Origin: Octopus sinensis
Taxonomy: Eukaryota
Assembly: GCF_006345805.1 (NCBI RefSeq)
Contig: NW_021832146.1
Location: 1 to 31,191, forward strand
DNA: 31,191 nt
Reading direction: 5' to 3'
The notes beneath the pieces are model-generated. The model saw nothing but the letters and a program-made list of their open reading frames with translations, had not been told where the DNA came from and made no database searches. Below are positions 22,007 to 31,191 of this stretch, in pieces. Numbering within the stretch: the first letter of the stretch is position 1; every line of letters begins with the position of its first letter. A program made the translations under genes and the position numbers.

Positions 22007-22352
22007 TATAAATTAAAATTGTTTACCACTAATGATGATTATTTCAGTTTGCATAGGTAGGTGCAAAATGTACAACTTAAGCAAGAGGGCCATGGGATCA
22101 GATGTTTTGTAACACCAATCCCATCGAGAAATTCTGGTCACATAGATTTCATTCTTTAGTATAGTACGTAAAATAGATGTTATAGTGCAGAACACATGTA
22201 TATGTATACACAAATACATGCACATGTATATATACACATATCTATACATACATTTACAAACATACACGTACACACACAGACACATGTATATATCACCCAC
22301 TTGGTCTTTCAACTATATATCATCTCCCACCTAGTGATTCAATTATTTGATA

Positions 22353-22735
22353 CTAGCAGTATCGCCCGGCGTTGCTCGGGTTTGTAAGGGAAATAACTAT
22401 ATAAGCATTTTTAGAGAGTTATAGCCAAAAATTGCATTAAAAATGGGAAAAAAATGATGGTAAATTTTTTTTAAATCGTTGACTCATCGTAGACATTTTT
22501 AGAGAGTTACTTCCCTTATATAATAGCGAAAAAAATGCATTAAAATGGAAAAAATTATGGTAATTTTTTTTTATCGTAGACTCATCGTAGACGCGCGCTA
22601 ATACCCAGAAGGGCTCGATATGAATCACGACTATAAGATACCCGGTTTTGGTTAAACTGCACCGCAAAATGTGGGAGTAGTTAGGAATCTAAATCGTAGG
22701 AGACAGACACACAACCTCCCTTTTATATATAAAGA
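22353..22735 (-). mobile_element. Complete 383 bp non-autonomous Helitron
   Basis: Minus strand A|TCTTTATATATAAAAGG ... CCCGAGCAACGCCGGGCGATACTG-CTAG|T. AT target, no TSD, same 5' module as 3086 and 5869, internal ~60 bp duplication. Confidence 0.93.
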
Positions 22736-23170
22736 TATACCTGCCAGTAATGACCAATCTACCGAAATTGTTTTTATTTTTTTATTTACCTATTTCTTTA
22801 TTCATTTATTTGCCTCTAGCAGTTGAAATGTGTCACAAACATATATTAACCTGCTTAAACTTTACTTAAACCTAAAAACTGCTTGGTGCTAACGTTTCGT
22901 TGTTATTCCACAATCGGACGACCCAACAGTGCAAAAGCCAACGTTGTTGACTGTGTTTTACATAAATCCTTTGCTTTATAAGCTTTGTTCATAGTTGCCT
23001 CCCTTAGGGAACTCCCATTGATAACAGCCAACTAGCTTGAAACATCGATGACTGGGAGTCCTAATAGATGGCGACACTGAACAAATGGGCTGGGAATTTC
23101 ACAACTTTTCACCAGAAGAGAAATATTTTCTCTTCTACAGAAAATTTGGCTTTCATCAGTTGGAATATAT

Positions 23171-23385
23171 TTCTCTTATCTTTTTCTCTTTTACTTTTTC
23201 AGTCATTTGACTGCGGCCATGCTTGAGCACCGCCTTTAGTCGAGTAATTCGACCCCAGGACTTATTCTTTGTAAGCCTAGTACTTACTGTATCGATCTCT
23301 TTCGCCGAACCGCTAAGTGACGGGGACGTAAACACTCCCCCATCGGTTGTCAAGCGATGTTGGGGGGACGAACACAGACATACAA

Positions 23386-23423
<38 letters not shown>

Positions 23424-23646
23424 TATATATATATATGTGTGTGTGTATATATATATATATATATTATATATATATACATATATTCGACGGGCTTCCTTCA
23501 GTTTCCGCCTATCAAATTCACTCACAAGGCTTTGCTCGGCCCGAAGCTATACTAGAAGACACTTGCCCAAGATGTCACGCAGCGGGAATTAACCCGGAAC
23601 CATGTGGTTAGTAAGCAAGCTACTAACCACACAGCCACTCACTCCT
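23171..23646 (-). mobile_element. tRNA-SINE family A, full length, with internal (TA)/(CA) expansion
   Basis: Head GAGTGGCTGTGTGGTTAGTAGC...CCGGGTTAATTCCC, central microsatellite, tail GACTGAAAAAGTAAAAGAG. Collinear with 28947-29362. Confidence 0.9.
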
Positions 23647-23790
23647 ACATACATACTTTAAGTAACTATGTTTATGCCGCCTAAACATTGCTTGCCGTTA
23701 ATGTTTCATGATACATTTGTTTATTTCCTTTTCAATTATATAGAACTACCTTACCAATTAATCATTCTCGTTAAATCATTTGAGAGGCAA

Positions 23791-24133
23791 CTTGCAATTG
23801 GATTATTCTTGCAGCAATTTCTATAATCTATTGTTCTTCTCCTTGTTCTGGTTATCGCTCTTGCTTCCTTATGTCTAACTGTATGCTATGAGGCTTCCCT
23901 CAAAACGACACAACTAACAACAGCAACAACTTGTAAATGACACGGTAAAAAAAAAATTATAAAGTTAATGTATCTTCCAATTATTTATTCATTATTATAA
24001 TTTCCATCTTGTTTGTGAACATGAATATTTGATATGGTCTTACTGACCTATAGATGGTTGTCGCGCACTTATTATCTCTGCGTGTATACATGTATAACAG
24101 CTTAAGTGTATATATGCATCTCTCTCTCTCTCT

Positions 24134-24140
<7 letters not shown>
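23791..24140 (+). repeat. ~340 bp direct repeat, copy 1
   Basis: Nearly identical to 24850-25185; the core TATGTCTAACTG...CTCTGCGTGTATAC is almost invariant. Confidence 0.93.
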
Positions 24141-24186
<46 letters not shown>

Positions 24187-24236
24187 TACATACATAGGTA
24201 CATACACACACACATATACATGCGTGTATGTGTATG

Positions 24237-24276
<40 letters not shown>

Positions 24277-24330
24277 TACATACATTGATACATACACACA
24301 TACACACATATACATGTGAGTATGTGTATG

Positions 24331-24373
<43 letters not shown>

Positions 24374-24482
24374 TCTAAATTTAATTATTTAATCGTTACA
24401 GTTGAAAAGGTCTCAAAATGAGTGAAACCGGTACTGAATGTTCTTTATAAAATTATTTTAGCATTTTCTATTTTGACTTATT

Positions 24483-24527
<45 letters not shown>

Positions 24528-24666
24528 CATATATACATACATATAATTTACATTCAGATGAATATGGTACTTAAGTTGAGGCACCAGAATTTAGTACGGT
24601 ATTATCCATACAATTTCAAAGTAAGGTGATTAAAATCATAATAAGTAACAAAGATAGCTACAGGTA

Positions 24667-24755
24667 ATGCAGTACGATCGTTTCATGCAACTCCATTTAA
24701 TTGAACAACGCAATCATTACATCAAAGTAAAATGTATAGCAATCTTCAGCTACAC
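24667..24755 (-). ncRNA. Putative minimal type-I hammerhead ribozyme (Penelope-like element type)
   Basis: Minus strand GTGTAG-CTGAAGA-TTGC...GCAT-GAAAC-GATC-GTA-CTGCAT. Intact core, 6 bp stem I (2 G-U), stem III with palindromic GATC loop, GUA cleavage triplet. U-U mismatch at the base of stem II and a long loop II. Activity untested. Confidence 0.6.
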
Positions 24756-24849
24756 AAAGACATAGAATTTAATTAAATTAGAACAGTTGGACATATTAGT
24801 ATATTATACCTAAAATCTTTCACAAAGTAAAGGAGACAAAGAACATGCC

Positions 24850-25185
24850 TGCAGTTGGATTATGCTTGCTGCAATTTCTATAATCTATTGTTCTTCTGGT
24901 TATAGCTCTTGCTTCCTTATGTCTAACTGTATGCTATGAGGCTTCCCTCAAAACGACACAACTAACAACAGCAACAACTTGTAAATGACACGGTAAAAAA
25001 AAATATAAAGTTAATGTATCTCCGAATTATTTATTCATTATTATAATTTCCATCTTGTTTGTGAACATGAATATTTGATATGGTCTTACTGACCTATAGA
25101 TGGTTGTCGCGCACTTATTATCTCTGCGTGTATACACGTATAGCACCTTATATGTATATATGCATCTCTCCTCTCTTCCTCCATA
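24850..25185 (+). repeat. ~340 bp direct repeat, copy 2
   Basis: See copy 1. Has an 8-9 bp deletion near its 5' end and a diverged 3' end. Confidence 0.93.
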
Positions 25186-25200
25186 TATATATATATATAT

Positions 25201-25327
25201 AAGAGCTCCGCTCGAAACGTTAAACCCTCCTTCTTCCCCTCTTTCCTGGGCGTCTAATAATACTTTATTTCTTCCACGTCCTCGCGTTGCTATGTTTTTT
25301 TGTTTTTTTGTGTTTTCTTGTTTGGAT

Positions 25328-25330
<3 letters not shown>
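25201..25330 (+). mobile_element. Penelope-like terminal-repeat fragment with the 3' half of a hammerhead motif
   Basis: AAGAGC-TCC-GCTC-GAAACGTT: 4 bp stem II plus GAAAC, with the CTGA half replaced by (TA)n. Both flanks are (TA)n. Confidence 0.5.
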
Positions 25331-25365
<35 letters not shown>

Positions 25366-25899
25366 GATACATAGATATATAGATACCTTTTCTATGGTGT
25401 TCTGCCCTACTTCATTATTATATTTTATTTCTTTATTATTTTATAGTTGGTCTATATTTATTTATAAAATTAATGTACTTTTTATATCTCTATAAAATTA
25501 TGTAATTTTTGTATCTATAAATTCATACTTAGCTAGTATAAAACTATACTGGTATGTTCAGTACTTATACAAATAAAAGCTTAGATTATAATTTTATTAA
25601 TATATAAGTATCATGTTCCTTTACCACAATGCCCCTTTATTAATACCAGTATATACTAACTAATCAATATTCACTGATACCATCTGATGAGTTAGTATTT
25701 AAGTTTAGAATATGTATAAATATTAAACTATTTCTGGATAATTTCTTTTCTCCCTTCTATTGGAGCAAAAATTGGGATATACTCAAAGGTATTCAAAAAT
25801 ATCTATCCTTTTTTATATAATACTACATACATGCATATATATATATATATAATATATATATATATATATTATATAATATATATATATATATATATATAA

Positions 25900-26138
25900 A
25901 ATTAAGAGAAATAACGTCTATTAAGTAATTCAATAGTGAAAGACTATATTTTAAATCGAATTAATTTTAATAGTAGCAATTTTATTTTTAGCGAATTAAA
26001 GATATAGTCACGAAACCCGCGTAGTCAATTTAATTTGGTGATTTTTTAAAATAATATTTATAATAGTATTTTTTAATTTTTCTCTATGATATAGATAAAT
26101 TCTATTGAATTACTTAATAGGGATTATTTCTCTGAATT
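25900..26138. mobile_element. MITE, 37 bp terminal inverted repeats, in (TA)n
   Basis: AATTAAGAGAAATAACGTCTATTAAGTAATTCAATAG versus reverse complement of 26102-26138: 33/37 identical. Confidence 0.8.
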
Positions 26139-26240
26139 ATATAAATATATTATACATTTTGAAATTTGATTTGGATTGCTAAATTGAATTTTCCCCTGTA
26201 TGTTTGGAATTATAATCCCTTCTATCATTATTAATAATTC

Positions 26241-26280
<40 letters not shown>

Positions 26281-26289
26281 TATATAATT

Positions 26290-27120
26290 GAGGTTATAAG
26301 AGGTAATGGTGTCATTGAGGCCCAAAGGTGTCAGGTAATGCTGAATAAGTGCTATAGACAGACCATAGGTTAGTTCCAGGTCTGGTAATTTTGCGAATAA
26401 AGGGTTCAACGTTGGTCATATGTCAGCATATGTATATAATTTTTTGCGCAATGAGATAAAAAAACAAAGCTGTGTAGATATTAGAACATTTATAGATAGA
26501 AGTTCTTACAGCTGTTTCCAGGATATTTATTAATTCTATCCCTTCACCGGAGACGGTGTGAGGGGATGGTTAAGTAATAGTTAGTTTAGATAGGATACAA
26601 AGTAGAGAGTAAGGTGGAGGAAAGAAAATAGATGTGAGATATGTAGTGATATTGAAGTTGTAGATCCATTTTTTAGGCATAATGGTATATATGTAAGATT
26701 CCAATACCTTGTGAGTAAAATCCAACAGAATTTAAAATGAGCCCTTTCAAATATAGAGCTGTATAAACTGTGTATAAACTCTTTTAGTTATATTTTAGTT
26801 GAGGTGCGCCGCTGAATTTTGAAAAGAATATAAGTGTGCCGCTTCTGAAAAAAGGTTGCAGAGCAGTGTTAGACTCATGATGATTTCCATGCTATCGCCA
26901 TAGATTTTTATCGAGATGTTGGTATCCTTGATATTCATCAATGAAAAGAGATGGCAGGCGGAGAGGTAAATTAAGCATTTCCTTAAACTATTCTTTGGGT
27001 AGCATCTAAATTTCTCATCAATATCTAAGTTGAAAATAATGAAAATTTTTGAATAAAGAAACATTTTGACAATCTATCAGACGTATCGAGAATTTATTTT
27101 AGAGAGCAATGCTAAATATC
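26290..27120 (-). mobile_element. Probable decayed Penelope-like element remnant
   Basis: Contains a mutated hammerhead motif at ~26505-26553. No recognisable protein motif in any frame. Confidence 0.35.
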
Positions 27121-27144
27121 CACGACTACGTATTTCTATATAAT

Positions 27145-27428
27145 TATTATTATGGGCCCGGTTTCCCGGTTTCTATGGCGTATGTGTTCCCCCCTCCCAG
27201 CTGAACGGGACGCCAGTCCATCGCAGGGTTACTCTAGAAACAGGAAGGAAGAGTGAGAGAAAGTTGGGACGAAAGAGTACAACAAAGACACCACCACCCC
27301 CTGCCGGAGCCTCGTGGAGCTTTAGGCGATTTCGCTCAATAAACACACACAATGCCTGGTCTGGGAATCGAAACCGCGATCATCCGACCGCGAGTCTGCT
27401 GCCCTAACCACTGGACCATTGCGCCTCC
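27145..27428 (-). mobile_element. tRNA-SINE family C, full length, with 13 bp target-site duplication
   Basis: Head GGAGGCGCAATGGTCCAGTGGTTAGGG...GTTTCGATTCCC. ATTTCTATATAAT flanks it at 27132-27144 and 27431-27443. Confidence 0.9.
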
Positions 27429-27450
27429 ACATTTCTATATAATATTGATG

Positions 27451-27639
27451 TCAAATTTTGGCATAGGGGGTTAAGTCGATTACCTTGACCCCAGTGATCA
27501 GCTGGTATTTATTTTATCGACCCTAAAAAGAAGAAATATAAAGCCGACATCGGCGGCATTCGAACTCAGAACGTAAAGACCGACGAAATGCCGCTAAGTA
27601 TTCTGCACGGCGTGCAAGCAGTTCTGTCATCTCGCCACC
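27451..27639 (-). mobile_element. tRNA-SINE family B
   Basis: Minus strand GGTGGCGAGATGACAGAAC...GAGTTCGAATGCC...GGGTCGATAAAATAAATACC. Confidence 0.85.
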
Positions 27640-28349
27640 ATTTATTTACATATAATATTAGCATTTTATGAAATAATCCGCCACTTTTGATTAATATGTT
27701 TACGAGAATAAGCAAACGATTTGTTTACTCGCAAGAAGATATTTTCCCCGGAACATGATTACAGAACACTGCTAAACAAAGCTTGATGAAAATAAGCTAT
27801 GAGATTTTATCAGAATTAGATATTACCATGAGAATTTATATGAAGAATTTAAATAATCACAATATTAGCAACAAATCATATAAACGTAATTGTATTTCTT
27901 CGAATGTATGTCTGTAAAATTAATGGAAGTATCTCGAAGAATCGTTAATATATGCATCTATTTTAACATCTGGATTTAATTCAAATAGAATTGCTCAGGT
28001 ACCTACGACTGCTAAATAACTTAAGAGGCAAATGCAGAGAATATATACACTTCTTTCCATTAAAATTAAGAACGGAGACGTTAATGTCGCGTAGTGTTTT
28101 TTTACTCTTTGTAAATATAGCAATACAATATACCCCAAGTCTCAAGAAAGTGACTTTAAGATTAAATGCCAGGCAGACTATATGTAATTAAATAATGGAG
28201 AATTTGTACAATAAAAAAAAGTTGTCCCCTTTTGCGTGATAACTCCGAAATCCTCTGTAAAAATTCATATTTGGTATATTCTTACCCAAATGTGGAGATT
28301 CATCCACGGAAGGATGGATAAGGGTGCTGAAGTTGATCATGATACTAAA

Positions 28350-28382
<33 letters not shown>

Positions 28383-28578
28383 CAGTAGTATTAGTAGTAT
28401 TAGTAGTAATAGTAGTAGTTGCAGTAGCAGCAATAGTAGTAGTAGTAGTAGTAGTTGTTGTAGTAGTAGTAGTAGCAGCAGTATTATTATTATTAGTAAT
28501 AGTAGTAGTAGTAGCAGCAGCAGCAATAGCAGTAGTAGTAGCAGCAGCAGTATTAGTAGTAGCAGCAGCAGAAGTAGC

Positions 28579-28622
<44 letters not shown>

Positions 28623-28755
28623 CAGCAGCAGCAGTATTATTATTATTAGTAGTAGTAGTAGTACTAGCAGCAGCAGCAACAGCAGAGTGGTAGCAGTAAC
28701 AGTAGTAGTAGTAGTAGCAGCAGTAGTAGTAGTAGCAGCAGAAGTAGTAGTATTG

Positions 28756-28788
<33 letters not shown>

Positions 28789-28796
28789 ACAACAGC
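28350..28796. repeat. Cryptic (AGT)/(AGC)/(ATT) trinucleotide array
   Basis: Seen directly. It generates the poly-S/V/T/L ORFs. Confidence 0.95.
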
Positions 28797-28946
28797 AAAC
28801 ATAGAGCTCATGGTTAAAAGGTCGTTTGTCATGAGGCTTCCTCGACCAATGAGTCATTGGGTCTTAATGGCAACAAAAATAATGAAGTTTATTTCTAAAC
28901 AGAAAAATAGACACGGATATATTATTTATCTCCACTTAAACGTGGA

Positions 28947-29362
28947 TACTCTGTTTACTCTTTTACTCTTTTACTTGTTTCAGTCATTTGACTGCGGCCA
29001 TGCTGGAGCCACGCCTTTAGTCGAGCAAATCGACCCCGGGACTTATTCTTTTTGCAAGCCCAGTACTTATTCCATCGGTCTCTTTTTGCCGAACCGCTAA
29101 GTGACGGGGACGTAAACACACCAGCATCGGAACAAACCAGGGGAACAAACACAGACACACAAACACACACGCATACATACATATATATATATATATATAC
29201 GACAGGCTTCTTTCAGTTTCCGTCTACCAAATCCACTCTCAAGGCATTGGTCGGCCCGGGGCTATAGTAGAAGACACTTGCCCAAGATGCCACGCAGTAG
29301 GACTGAACCCGGAACTATGTGGTTGGTTAGCAAGCTACTAACCACACAGCCACTCCTGCGCC
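28947..29362 (-). mobile_element. tRNA-SINE family A, full length
   Basis: Starts GGCGCAGGAGTGGCTGTGTGGT (A box), GGTTCAGTCC (B box-like), internal microsatellite, tail (AAAAGAGT)n. Confidence 0.92.
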
Positions 29363-29661
29363 TATTAGAAAATTTTTTAAAAACTATACCGCAGTACCTA
29401 CCATGAGAGAAACTTTCATATTGGTATTTTGGTGCAAATGCACTCCTCTTTGTATCACTAGCAGGGAGAAAAATCCTTGTCATATCCAACACAGAGAGCA
29501 CCACATCACGTAATTTCAAGACCTCTCTTGGTCTTGTTCATGATGGAAATCCGACAGCTAGAGGCAGCAGGAATTCATCTCCCCGTCGACGATATGGATT
29601 TTGACAAGTGTCATGACAGGTGCTGTTGTCGTGAATAATTAGTTAGCATGTTAAAATATAT

Positions 29662-29958
29662 ATCGTGAGGTTGTGAGTTCGAATCCTGGACCAGTCTACA
29701 TGTTTTGTTCTTGAGCAAGACACTTTATTTTACGTTGCTCCAGTTCACTCAGCTGTAGAAATGAGTTGCGACGCCACAACTGCCAAGCTGTATCGGCCCC
29801 TTTTTCCTTTCCCTTGGATAACACTAGTAGCATGGAGAGGTGAGGCCATGCATGGGCAACTGCTGGTCTTCCATAAACGACCTTGCCCAGACTTGTGCCT
29901 GGGAGGGTAACATTCTAGGTGCAATCCCATGGTCAGTCATGACCGAAGGGGGTCTCAA
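29662..29958 (+). mobile_element. tRNA-SINE family D, 5'-truncated
   Basis: Begins mid-head ATCGTGAGGTTGTGAGTTCGAATCC. Collinear with 18550-18896 up to CATGACCGAAGGGGGTCT. Confidence 0.9.
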
Positions 29959-30218
29959 CGGTCAGCTCATATATATATATGTGTGTGTGTGTGTATGTGT
30001 GTGCATGTGTGTGTATGTGTGTGCGTGTGTGTGTGTGTGTACAAATCTACCTAGAAGAACACAAGTCTGTTATCGAACCCAGTATATCATTAGTATCGCT
30101 TTTTATAAATTCTTTTGAAAACAATATTTGTGAAACTACGGTAGGAAGCTACGAAAATAGTAGGATAAACAATTCAGAAAAACATTAACGTGTAATATCG
30201 CTGTTTTAATGCCATCAT

Positions 30219-30591
30219 GCGAAGAATGAAGCGGAGATTAATTTGTTTCAAGAATTCAAGTGTTAAGAGTTATGATGCAACAGAGTATTTCAAACGGATC
30301 GCCATTTTTTCCTAGCTTAGAAGACAATTTGGCCAGGATCAGAAAATAGCCAAATATCTGAAAGTCTACTTGAAAAGGATGAAGGAAATTAACGTCAGAT
30401 CTAAGGCAACACTCGAATTCTTAAAACATATTAAATCTCCGCTATATTCCACCCATAGCCCAAAAGATGGTATTAACATGGCGGTATTTCATATCTTAAC
30501 GTCCATCAGAAGCTTCCCTAGTTTTTCCAAACTGTTAATTTCCACATTATTCGTAGATTCAATGAAAATTGAGTTAAACTGTGTCTGCTAA
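30219..30591 (+). pseudogene. Possible decayed hAT transposase C-terminal (dimerisation) region
   Basis: TLEFLKHIKS...HILTSIRS..SFSKLLI...DSM..ELN loosely follows the hAT consensus LxxLxFI...ILLTxPVTxASxERSFSKLKLIKxYLRSTMxxERLN. The match is weak. Confidence 0.3.
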
Positions 30592-30599
30592 AATAGCAC

Positions 30600-31191
30600 T
30601 AAAAGAACAGACGTTTCAGGCGTTCTCTTCTATTTCGGGGCAATTTCCCTTCGTATTGTATTATTAACGCTGTCCCTCGGGAATTCCAGGTTGTTGTCTA
30701 GCATGCTGGAAGACCACTGGGATTGAGGATACAGCATTTGTCCCCTCCTCACCGTGGTGGGGACGATTGCAACGGGTAGTGTCAGAGCTATGCCGTCGGG
30801 AACTTCGGTTCCTGGTAGAACCACTCAAGTTGGATTGGTCTGACACCGAGTGGTATTAGGGCCACAACCCAGCAAACGGGGCTCTGGTGAAAATCTTCGG
30901 AAGTCTGTTTCGGCAACCGGCGGCTCCTCGGTCGTTCTGTCCCTGCGTCTGCGGACAATCTGCTGCAAACAGGATGTCTCTACATGCAGGATTATGTTGG
31001 GGACCTGCTTGTGAAATTCACATATTCCCACGAAACGTCTTCGATGCCTAGAGGGTGGTAGAAGAAGCCGACTCAACCCGCCCAGAGTGAATGTCGCCAC
31101 AAGTACAAGTACAAGTAAGTACATGTTTCTAGAACCTGCTTCAAATACAGACAACCTTTGTCCCGACAATCAGTTGTGACCTGGACAGCGA
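30600..31191. other. Higher-GC coding-like relic, unassigned (probably retroelement-derived)
   Basis: Abrupt rise to roughly 50% GC, interrupted frames on both strands, no motif identified with confidence. Runs off the window. Confidence 0.3.

Noticed and set aside
22885-22935. Possible fifth hammerhead on the minus strand (CCGATTG...CAAC-GAAACGTT)
   Set aside because: It needs a substitution plus a 3 nt deletion to restore the core, which is too many assumptions.
23105-23165. Splice-acceptor-like TTTTCTCTTCTACAG as a host exon start
   Set aside because: No convincing frame or donor site follows. Host exons cannot be supported without RNA data, although short exons could have been missed.
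30600-31191. Bacterial contamination or horizontal transfer because of higher GC
   Set aside because: Frames are interrupted, there are no prokaryotic gene signals, and the block is contiguous with host repeats. A TE relic is the simpler explanation.

Overview
This is AT-rich eukaryotic non-coding DNA, dense in microsatellites and transposon remains. The SINE, Helitron and microsatellite repertoire looks like an Octopus/cephalopod genome (inference from recognition, not a database hit). No host protein-coding gene, real tRNA/rRNA or CRISPR array is supported, and almost all ORFs in the track are artefacts of simple repeats. Contents: (i) a 29-30 bp minisatellite at 1-1790; (ii) a Helitron cluster at 3.1-6.7 kb, plus a complete 383 bp copy at 22353-22735, with one copy carrying a PIF1 helicase fragment and another a GC-rich 70 bp double-hairpin array; (iii) four families of tRNA-derived SINEs (about 14 copies or fragments); (iv) decayed non-LTR retrotransposon pieces (R4/Dong-like RT region, Tx1/L1-like 3' end); (v) several MITE or fold-back inverted-repeat structures, including a 154 bp near-perfect palindrome; (vi) local direct duplications; (vii) Penelope-type hammerhead ribozyme motifs at 24.7-26.6 kb, one structurally almost complete. 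The best leads are the hammerhead at 24667-24755 (-), the Helitron-borne hairpin array at 3388-3755 and the fold-back cluster at 18.0-20.1 kb. All alignments and identities were done by eye.
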